IMG/VR virus record: IMGVR_UViG_2548876695_000002 | Coordinates: 1 to 5,612 of that record | DNA from: a virus | Taxonomy: Duplodnaviria; Heunggongvirae; Uroviricota; Caudoviricetes | DNA length: 5,612 nt | Reading direction: 5' to 3' (one strand) | Shown: positions 1-5,064 of the stretch, piece by piece | How the letters are laid out: each line of letters opens with the position of its first letter | How positions within the stretch are numbered: the stretch's first letter is position 1 | Translations under genes and position numbers: made by a program | Notes under the pieces: model-generated | Database searches by the model: none | What the model saw: only the letters and a program-made list of their open reading frames with translations | Told to the model about the DNA's origin: nothing

Positions 1-73
1 TTCCATCAGAAACGATGATCTGGCAGCCTGAGTTCACAGATAAAACACTCTCCAGGAAAACCGGGGCGGTTCA
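1..73 (+). mobile_element. Right terminus (IRR) of an IS3-family insertion sequence, IS629-like; element body lies left of the window
   Basis: Plus strand ends ...CCGGGGCGGTTCA at 73. Its reverse complement TGAACCGCCCCGGTTTTCCTGGAGA matches the terminus at 5541 (TGAACCGCCCCGGAAATCCTGGAGA) at 22 of 25 positions, so the two are the paired terminal inverted repeats of one IS type. TGA...TCA termini are typical of the IS3 family. Confidence 0.6.
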
Positions 74-289
74 ATCAGAGTTTGATTCAGTAACGCGTAT
101 GGCAGCTAATTCAACATTATATAAATTAAGAATGTCGAGGATGTTATTTCTCACATACTTTAATTTTTCTGGTGTGTCTAAGGTCGAAGGTATTTTAATA
201 ACATCAACACATTTGAGTGCAGACTCATTAGTGCAATATACAACAAAAGATGTAACTTTGGGCGCCGCTCTAACACCTAGTATTCTCAT
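71..289 (-). pseudogene. N-terminal fragment (72 codons) of an unknown gene, truncated by the IS insertion; the stop codon TGA is the IS terminal triplet
   Basis: ORF begins with ATG at 289 and runs leftward in AT-rich DNA (about 28% GC in 121-180 by hand count). Its stop (plus-strand tca 71-73) is exactly the last three bases of the IS inverted repeat. No recognisable family from the sequence. The antisense ORF 15-308 is an alternative reading I cannot exclude. Confidence 0.35.
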
Positions 290-340
290 TTTTTATATCC
301 TATTTTAGAATCAGGCCGCATCTCTGCGACCATCCATCAT

Positions 341-355
341 CCAAACGTCTCTTCA
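341..355. repeat. 15-bp direct repeat CCAAACGTCTCTTCA, copy 1 (copy 2 at 712-726)
   Basis: Exact 15-mer present at 341-355 and 712-726. Copy 1 lies 2 nt 3' of the 113-aa ORF stop and copy 2 lies between the cI stop and that ORF's RBS. Confidence 0.8.
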
Positions 356-356
356 C

Positions 357-698
357 TCATCCGAAGAAGCAGCAATCCGGGTCAGCACGCACAAGCTCAA
401 GCGCATCAGTCAGCGAAAGTTCAGTACTGTACTGATGCCATTTCATATCCTTCCGCATCCAATAGATTTTCCATCTATCCAGAGAACGTATGTACTTGAT
501 TCTTGCTGATGGCAGGATGTTTGTTTCACCTGGATTGCCCTGCCACACGGGGCGCTGTTCGCCGATATCTATCGTTTGGTCATTGATGCTATAAACAATA
601 TCCAGTTCATTGCGGATATGTTCAGGCGGCCTTATGCTTTCAATGAATTGGTGAACTTCTTTTTTTACTGCTTGATATTCAAGGTCATTGAACGCCAT
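357..698 (-). CDS. Hypothetical 113-aa protein, accessory gene immediately downstream of cI on the same strand (position of lambda rexA/rexB)
   Basis: Intact ORF on the cI strand with a strong SD (minus strand AAGGAGGATAG-ATG) 4 nt upstream of ATG at 698. No signal peptide or transmembrane segment is evident; C-terminus ...DPDCCFFG. Family not recognised by eye. Confidence 0.6.
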   Translation of the reverse strand: MAFNDLEYQAVKKEVHQFIESIRPPEHIRNELDIVYSINDQTIDIGEQRPVWQGNPGETNILPSARIKYIRSLDRWKIYWMRKDMKWHQYSTELSLTDALELVRADPDCCFFG

Positions 699-711
699 CT
701 ATCCTCCTTAC

Positions 712-726
712 CCAAACGTCTCTTCA
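712..726. repeat. 15-bp direct repeat CCAAACGTCTCTTCA, copy 2
   Basis: Identical to 341-355; the two copies bracket the 113-aa ORF. Confidence 0.8.
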
Positions 727-758
727 GGCCACTGGTTACCAGCTATGTGACGATGAAG

Positions 759-1466
759 TCACGAACTTTTCAGCCACTCCCTTGCCTCGATGTCATCCAG
801 ATGGCGAGATTGCTTCAGAATACCAGCTACATACTCCACCTTTGCTACTTGATGATAAGGCAACGTTATAGGCCTGTGATCCTGGTTAATGCTTGTAAAT
901 TGGTATTCTCCATCTCTGTCATAGCCAAGAACCTTAATCATGTTGTGTCCTTCAACGGTTCTGACAAACACCTCATCACCCGGGAATACTTTGGTGTTAG
1001 GCTCAATGAGTACATATTCTCCTGATTTTATTCTGGGCCACATGCTGTCTCCTTTCACACGAAGACCAAAGGCATCTGGATCATCGCTATAAATTTTGAG
1101 CCACCCATCGCGCTCTTCGGTCATCTCGATGGCACCATCAACACCAAGAATTGCCTCACCAACCACGCGCACTAACCCTTTTTTTAATTTGCCAACAAAT
1201 GAAAGAGTATCTTCATCATTCGCTCCATTTAACGAAGTGCCGTGCTGAAGCCAAACAACATCAACGTTTAGAAATTTCGCAAGCGCATTCATTTTTTCCT
1301 GACGCGGTAAAGACTCAGCATTAAACCATTTGCTAACGCCTTTGGACGAAAGAGAAAGGGCACGGGCTATAGCCATTCCCCTACCATGTTCATCAAGACC
1401 AGCTTCTTTACAGGCTTGCGCTAGCCGCTGGGCGAATTCTTTGCGCACTTTTTCATTCTGAACCAT
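759..1466 (-). CDS. cI: Phage CI-type repressor (N-terminal HTH DNA-binding domain, C-terminal LexA-like S24 peptidase domain)
   Basis: 235-aa ORF. N-terminal HTH region (...GRGMAIARALSLSSKGVSKWFN...). C-terminal domain has GDSMWP (catalytic Ser) and a downstream Lys in ...HNMIKVLGY, the Ser-Lys dyad spacing of LexA/CI/UmuD. Transcribed divergently from cro. Confidence 0.9.
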   Translation of the reverse strand: MVQNEKVRKEFAQRLAQACKEAGLDEHGRGMAIARALSLSSKGVSKWFNAESLPRQEKMNALAKFLNVDVVWLQHGTSLNGANDEDTLSFVGKLKKGLVRVVGEAILGVDGAIEMTEERDGWLKIYSDDPDAFGLRVKGDSMWPRIKSGEYVLIEPNTKVFPGDEVFVRTVEGHNMIKVLGYDRDGEYQFTSINQDHRPITLPYHQVAKVEYVAGILKQSRHLDDIEAREWLKSS

Positions 1467-1544
1467 GAGTACGATACTAAAGCACTTGCAAAAACTTTCA
1501 GTTCAACCATAATACGTACTGAAAGTACGAAAAAGGATATTCCT
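1467..1544. promoter_or_regulatory. Divergent immunity control region (OR operators, PR rightward, PRM leftward)
   Basis: 78-bp intergenic region between divergent cI and cro. Rightward sigma70-like promoter TTGCAA (1486-1491), 16-bp spacer, CATAAT (1508-1513). Inverted repeats with GTAC cores: CGTACTgaaAGTACG (1515-1529), AGTACG at 1468-1473, and ACTTTCAGT (1494-1502) paired with ACTGAAAGT (1518-1526). cro SD AAGGA at 1533-1537. Exact operator boundaries are not determinable by eye. Confidence 0.6.
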
Positions 1545-1772
1545 ATGCAAAATCTTGATGAGCCGATTAAAGGTGTCGGCATCCCTGAAGTTGCGAAGGC
1601 TTGTGGAGTTAGCGAAAGGGCTGTCTATAAGTGGCTCAAAAACGGCTTCCTCCCTAAGACTGAGTTTTTTGGGAAAACTAAATACGCATCAAAAATCGAA
1701 GAGATTTCTGGTGGCAAATATCAAGCAAGCGAAATGCTTGAAATAAGCAAAAAGAACCTTCTGGCTGCATAA
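1545..1772 (+). CDS. cro: Cro-like HTH repressor
   Basis: 75-aa ORF divergent from cI, with HTH segment GIPEVAKACGVSERAVYKWLKNG; the position and size fit a cro gene. Not lambda Cro in sequence. Confidence 0.8.
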   Translation: MQNLDEPIKGVGIPEVAKACGVSERAVYKWLKNGFLPKTEFFGKTKYASKIEEISGGKYQASEMLEISKKNLLAA

Positions 1773-1810
1773 GTAACACCGCTATTTTCACAATGGACAT
1801 TCGTCCTACG

Positions 1811-1871
1811 TCGCTGACAAAGCGAGTCCCAATATATCTGACCAACTAAGGCTACATGCGTTTCCACGCAT
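1811..1871 (+). promoter_or_regulatory. Two short hairpins in the cro-cII spacer, candidate nutR boxB-like / tR1 region
   Basis: TCGCT-gacaa-AGCGA (1811-1825) and ATGCGT-ttcc-ACGCAT (1856-1871). This is the location where lambdoid phages carry nutR and tR1. No clear boxA consensus seen, so the functional assignment is tentative. Confidence 0.25.
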
Positions 1872-1910
1872 ACCTTTCAACTAACTATTCACTATTGGAA
1901 ATCTTAAGAA

Positions 1911-2207
1911 ATGGAACAAACAAGTTACAGCAAACTATCCCAGCGTGACGTTGATCGCGCAGAAACAGATTTACTCATCAACCTGTCAACGCTTACCCAG
2001 CGCGGTCTGGCAAAGATGATTGGCTGTCATGAATCGAAGATAAGCAGAACGGACTGGAGATTTATTGCTTCGGTCTTGTGTGCTTTCGGAATGGCATCAG
2101 ACATCAGTCCGATTAGCAGGGCTTTTAAGTATGCGCTTGATGAAATCACAAAGAAAAAATCCCCGGTGGCCGCCGGGGACTCTAAGCAAATTGATATGCA
2201 ATTCTGA
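1911..2207 (+). CDS. cII: CII transcriptional activator
   Basis: 98-aa ORF whose C-terminus ...KKKSPVAAGDSKQIDMQF parallels lambda CII ...KKRPAATERSEQIQMEF as I recall it; same size and position between cro and O. Confidence 0.85.
   Translation: MEQTSYSKLSQRDVDRAETDLLINLSTLTQRGLAKMIGCHESKISRTDWRFIASVLCAFGMASDISPISRAFKYALDEITKKKSPVAAGDSKQIDMQF
1920..1933 (-). promoter_or_regulatory. Candidate CII-binding tetrad repeat of pRE (TTGC-N6-TTGT on minus strand)
   Basis: Minus strand reads TTGC-TGTAAC-TTGT across cII codons 4-8, analogous to the lambda pRE -35 region TTGC-N6-TTGC which also overlaps the start of cII. Confidence 0.35.
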
Positions 2208-2229
2208 GGGAATTACTGGATCAATCCAC
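2151..2229 (-). ncRNA. oop: OOP-like antisense RNA overlapping the 3' end of cII, ending in an intrinsic terminator
   Basis: Minus strand hairpin CCCCGGCGGCCACCGGGG (plus 2161-2178) followed by ATTTTTTCTT. The upstream minus-strand sequence resembles the lambda oop transcript (shared GATCCAGTAAT core). Start inferred about 7 nt downstream of the pO -10. Confidence 0.5.
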
Positions 2230-2236
2230 AGGAGTC

Positions 2237-2265
2237 ATTATGACAAATACAGCAAAAATACTCAA
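2237..2265 (-). promoter_or_regulatory. pO-like promoter for the OOP RNA
   Basis: Minus strand TTGAGT (plus 2260-2265), 17-bp spacer, CATAAT (plus 2237-2242); it lies inside the first codons of O, as in lambda. Confidence 0.45.
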
Positions 2266-3178
2266 CTTCGGCAGAGGTAACTTTGCCGAACAGGAGCGTA
2301 ATGTGGCAGATCTCGATGATGGTTACGCCAGACTATCAAATATGCTGATTGAGGCTTATTCAGGCGCAGATCTGACCAAGCGACAGTTTAAAGTGCTGCT
2401 TGCCATTCTGCGTAAAACCTATGGGTGGAATAAACCAATGGACAGAATCACCGATTCTCAACTTAGCGAGATTACAAAGTTACCTGTCAAACGGTGCAAT
2501 GAAGCCAAGTTAGAACTCGTCAGAATGAATATTATCAAGCAGCAAGGCGGCATGTTTGGACCAAATAAAAACATCTCAGAATGGTGCATCCCTCAAAACG
2601 AGGGAGGTTCCCCTAAAATGAGGGACATCCCTCAAAACGAGGGAAAATCCCCTAAAACGAGGGATAAAACATCCCTCAAATTAGGGGATTGCTATCCCTC
2701 AAAACAGGGGGACACAAAAGACACTATTACAAAAGAAAAAAGAAAAGATTATTCGTCCGAGAATTCTGGCGAATCCTCTGACCAGCCAGAAAACGATCTT
2801 TCTGTGGTTAAACCGGATGCTGCAATTCAGAGCGGCAGCAAGTGGGGAACAGCAGAAGACCTGACCGCCGCAGAGTGGATGTTTGACATGGTGAAGACTA
2901 TCGCGCCATCAGCCAGAAAACCGAATTTTGCTGGGTGGGCTAACGATATCCGCCTGATGCGTGAACGTGACGGACGTAACCACCGCGATATGTGTGTGCT
3001 TTTCCGCTGGGCCTGCCAGGACAACTTCTGGTCCGGTAACGTGCTGAGTCCGGCCAAACTCCGCGACAAGTGGACCCAGCTCGAAATCAACCGTAACAAG
3101 CAACAGGCAGGCGTGACAGCCAGCAAACCAAAACTCGACCTGACAAACACTGACTGGATTTACGGGGTGGATTTATGA
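2240..3178 (+). CDS. O: Replication initiator protein O (origin-binding), lambda-like, with a 13-aa insertion encoded by two extra iterons
   Basis: 312-aa ORF with N-terminus MTNTAKILNFGRGNFAEQERNVADLDDGYARLSNML... and C-terminus ...TNTDWIYGVDL matching lambda O as I recall it (lambda O is 299 aa). SD AGGAG at 2230-2234. The extra 13 residues (roughly GSPKMRDIPQNEG) fall in the iteron-encoded linker. Confidence 0.95.
   Translation: MTNTAKILNFGRGNFAEQERNVADLDDGYARLSNMLIEAYSGADLTKRQFKVLLAILRKTYGWNKPMDRITDSQLSEITKLPVKRCNEAKLELVRMNIIKQQGGMFGPNKNISEWCIPQNEGGSPKMRDIPQNEGKSPKTRDKTSLKLGDCYPSKQGDTKDTITKEKRKDYSSENSGESSDQPENDLSVVKPDAAIQSGSKWGTAEDLTAAEWMFDMVKTIAPSARKPNFAGWANDIRLMRERDGRNHRDMCVLFRWACQDNFWSGNVLSPAKLRDKWTQLEINRNKQQAGVTASKPKLDLTNTDWIYGVDL
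2589..2712 (+). repeat. Origin of replication iterons (six O-binding repeats) inside the O gene, followed by an AT-rich unwinding region (2713-2760)
   Basis: Six ~17-18 bp inverted-repeat iterons: TCCCTCAAAACGAGGGA (2589-2605), TCCCCTAAAATGAGGGA (2609-2625), TCCCTCAAAACGAGGGA (2628-2644), TCCCCTAAAACGAGGGA (2648-2664), TCCCTCAAATTAGGGGA (2672-2688), TCCCTCAAAACAGGGGGA (2695-2712). Followed by ACAAAAGACACTATTACAAAAGAAAAAAGAAAAGATTATT. Confidence 0.9.
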
Positions 3179-3876
3179 AAAACATCGCCGCACAGATGGT
3201 TAACTTTGACCGTGAGCAGATGCGTCGAATCGCCAACAACATGCCGGAACAGTACGACGAAAAGCCGCAGGTACAACAGGTAGCGCAGATCATCAACGGT
3301 GTGTTCAGCCAGTTACTGGCAACTTTCCCGGCGAGTCTGGCTAACCGGGACCAGAACGAACTGAATGAAATCCGCCGCCAGTGGGTTCTGGCTTTCCGGG
3401 AAAACGGGATCACCACAATGGAACAGGTTAACGCAGGAATGCGCGTAGCCCGTCGGCAGAATCGACCATTTCTGCCATCACCCGGGCAGTTTGTTGCATG
3501 GTGCCGGGAAGAAGCATCCGTTATCGCCGGACTGCCAAACGTCAGCGAGCTGGTTGATATGGTTTACGAGTATTGCCGGAAGCGAGGCCTGTATCCGGAT
3601 GCGGAGTCTTATCCGTGGAAATCAAACGCGCACTACTGGCTGGTTACCAACCTGTATCAGAACATGCGGGCCAATGCGCTTACTGATGCGGAATTACGCC
3701 GTAAGGCCGCAGATGAGCTTGTCCATATGACTGCGAGAATTAACCGTGGTGAGGCGATCCCTGAACCAGTAAAACAACTTCCTGTCATGGGCGGCAGACC
3801 TCTAAATCGTGCACAGGCTCTGGCGAAGATCGCAGAAATTAAAGCTAAGTTCGGACTGAAAGGAGCAAGAGTATGA
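3175..3876 (+). CDS. P: Replication protein P (DnaB helicase loader), lambda-like
   Basis: 233-aa ORF MKNIAAQMVNFDREQMRRIANNMPEQYDEKPQ... matching lambda P in length and sequence as recalled. ATGA overlap with the O stop at 3175-3178. Confidence 0.95.
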   Translation: MKNIAAQMVNFDREQMRRIANNMPEQYDEKPQVQQVAQIINGVFSQLLATFPASLANRDQNELNEIRRQWVLAFRENGITTMEQVNAGMRVARRQNRPFLPSPGQFVAWCREEASVIAGLPNVSELVDMVYEYCRKRGLYPDAESYPWKSNAHYWLVTNLYQNMRANALTDAELRRKAADELVHMTARINRGEAIPEPVKQLPVMGGRPLNRAQALAKIAEIKAKFGLKGARV

Positions 3877-4163
3877 CGGGCAAAGAGGCAATTATTCATT
3901 ACCTCGGGACGCATAAGAACTTCTGTGCACAGGACGTTTCCGCGGTAACAGGCGCAACCGTAACCAGCATAAATCAGGCTGCGGCTAAAATGGCGCGGGC
4001 AGGAATCCTGATCATTGATGGTAAGGTCTGGCGAACGGTGTATTACCGGTTTGCTACCAGGGAAGAACGGGAAGGAACGGTGAGCACGAACCTGATTTTT
4101 AAGGAGTGTCGCCAGAGTGCAGCGATGAAACGGGTATTGGCGGTATATGGAGTTAAAAGATGA
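3873..4163 (+). CDS. ren: Ren protein (Rex exclusion resistance), lambda-like
   Basis: 96-aa ORF MTGKEAIIHYLGTH...KRVLAVYGVKR, same length and closely similar to lambda Ren as recalled. ATGA overlap with the P stop. Confidence 0.9.
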   Translation: MTGKEAIIHYLGTHKNFCAQDVSAVTGATVTSINQAAAKMARAGILIIDGKVWRTVYYRFATREEREGTVSTNLIFKECRQSAAMKRVLAVYGVKR

Positions 4164-4188
4164 CCATCTACATCACTGAGCTAATGAC

Positions 4189-4220
4189 AGGCCTGCTGGT
4201 AATCGCAGGCCTTTTTATTT
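4189..4220 (+). terminator. Intrinsic terminator, tR2-like
   Basis: 8-bp stem AGGCCTGC (4189-4196) / GCAGGCCT (4205-4212) with loop TGGTAATC, followed by TTTTATTT (4213-4220). Confidence 0.7.
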
Positions 4221-4233
4221 GGGGGAGAGGGAA

Positions 4234-4512
4234 GTGAACGATAGCTACCGACAGTTTGAAAACTGGTGGTCAAAAGACAAAAGCCAGTTCACGGGAGACG
4301 ATGAATTAAAAGAGTTTGCCTGGGTGATATGGCAGGCATCGCGCTCTGCTATTGAACTGGATATCGACTGGCCCGAATCGAATGACGACCTTTGGAAAGA
4401 TGGTGAAGAAGGTGCTTATGCGATGGGTTATGAGGATGGGCGTGACAAAACGGTAATTGCAGTAATGAAAGCCATCAGGGCCGCAGGAATCAAAGAAAAG
4501 AATTTCGATTAA
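4234..4512 (+). CDS. Hypothetical small acidic protein (about 93 aa); start codon uncertain (GTG 4234 preferred over TTG 4219)
   Basis: ORF ...NDSYRQFENWWSKDKSQFTGDDELKEFAWVIWQ...IRAAGIKEKNFD. GGAG at 4224-4227 lies 6 nt before GTG 4234. The TTG at 4219 offered by the ORF track sits inside the terminator T-run and is unlikely. Inserted relative to lambda, where ninB follows tR2 directly. Confidence 0.5.
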   Translation: MNDSYRQFENWWSKDKSQFTGDDELKEFAWVIWQASRSAIELDIDWPESNDDLWKDGEEGAYAMGYEDGRDKTVIAVMKAIRAAGIKEKNFD

Positions 4513-4644
4513 GCAAATATCACTTCAATAAATCGCTTTTAAGGCATCACAATCGCTCTGTGGTGAGGTAAGCACGTGCAAGGCATGCCGATAAGCAGCG
4601 AGAATGAAAAATGCGTCAGAATGCGTTTGAGGAGGTTTTAAGAA

Positions 4645-4860
4645 ATGAGTACGATAGCTGAGCTTGTCAGGGCTAATTTTCGTGAAGAGTTGGTGCGTTG
4701 GTATCGGTATCGTTCATCGTCCAGTTTGCCGCTTGATGAGTTGTATGAGCATTCACCTGCCGCACGACGCTATCCGCGTGACCGTGTTCTTCGACGGTTG
4801 TTCAAACTCAACAATGAGTTTCAGCGCAACAGAATTATCCGGAGTCTGGATTTTAAGTGA
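4645..4860 (+). CDS. Hypothetical 71-aa basic protein
   Basis: Strong SD GAGGAGG (4630-4636) 8 nt upstream of ATG 4645. Arg-rich sequence; family not recognised. Confidence 0.6.
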   Translation: MSTIAELVRANFREELVRWYRYRSSSSLPLDELYEHSPAARRYPRDRVLRRLFKLNNEFQRNRIIRSLDFK

Positions 4861-4870
4861 AGGAGTGAGC

Positions 4871-5041
4871 ATGAGCGACCTATCATTAACCCAGCCAAAG
4901 CTAAAAGAATGTCCGTTTTGCGGCGGTAATGCTCGTCTGTGGGTTGAGGCCGGAATAAATATTGATGTGTGGGGCTATGCAGAATGTGACCTCTGTGAAG
5001 CCAGGGGGGGCATGGGCACCATCAGTTGCTGCGGCGGCTGA
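4871..5041 (+). CDS. Lar-family-like zinc-ribbon protein (restriction alleviation), apparently frameshifted at a G7 tract
   Basis: SD AAGGAG (4860-4865) 5 nt before ATG 4871. CPFCGG-x20-CDLC four-cysteine zinc-ribbon pattern. The frame ends ...GGMGTISCCGG* at 5041, but the other forward frame (codons on 5010, 5013, ...) continues AWAPSVAAAAEKWNRRAGDEANLSASQRSNQK* to 5108 and carries the A-x-x-WNRR motif I associate with Lar-family C-termini. One fewer G in the run 5004-5010 would fuse the two. Confidence 0.5.
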   Translation: MSDLSLTQPKLKECPFCGGNARLWVEAGINIDVWGYAECDLCEARGGMGTISCCGG

Positions 5042-5064
5042 AAAATGGAACCGGAGAGCAGGAG

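Noticed and set aside
15-308. 97-aa plus-strand ORF starting inside the IS terminus and reading out into the AT-rich flank
   Set aside because: It begins within the IS inverted-repeat region and runs antisense to the same-strand-as-cI ORF at 71-289. It is most likely read-through of AT-rich DNA in a frame lacking stops, with no convincing RBS. It cannot be fully excluded as the real gene instead of 71-289.
576-1025. 149-aa plus-strand ORF
   Set aside because: It lies antisense across the 5' end of the 113-aa ORF and the 3' third of cI, whose identification is secure from its HTH and S24 motifs; no RBS.
1555-1746. 63-aa ORF in an alternate frame inside cro
   Set aside because: Entirely nested in cro in another frame; cro has the HTH signature and correct divergent placement.
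2065-2280. 71-aa ORF overlapping the cII 3' end and O start
   Set aside because: Alternate frame of cII and the cII-O junction; this region is better explained by the OOP RNA, pO and the O start.
2589-2712. Possible CRISPR array (short regularly spaced repeats)
   Set aside because: The repeats are ~18-bp inverted-repeat iterons with 2-6 bp spacers inside the O reading frame, not 28-37 bp repeats with unique spacers; this is the origin of replication.
2827-3416. Three minus-strand ORFs (2827-3150, 2909-3103, 3087-3416)
   Set aside because: Antisense to the O and P coding regions, which match lambda proteins essentially end to end; typical shadow ORFs.
3491-3914. ORFs 3491-3730 (+) and 3657-3914 (-) inside P
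   Set aside because: Alternate-frame and antisense ORFs within the well-supported P gene.
4219-4233. TTG start at 4219 for the post-tR2 ORF
   Set aside because: The TTG lies within the terminator T-run with no RBS; GTG 4234 downstream of GGAG is preferred, although the true start remains uncertain.
4664-5041. 125-aa ORF as an N-terminally extended version of the Lar-like gene
   Set aside because: Its first 65 codons overlap the 71-aa ORF (4645-4860), which has a much stronger SD. The in-frame ATG at 4871 with AAGGAG 5 nt upstream is the more plausible start.
5026-5064. Upstream ATG (5026) as the ninB start
   Set aside because: The homologous NinB N-terminus (MKQTF... versus lambda MKKLTF...) begins at ATG 5065, which has GGAG 8 nt upstream; the 13-codon extension has no counterpart.
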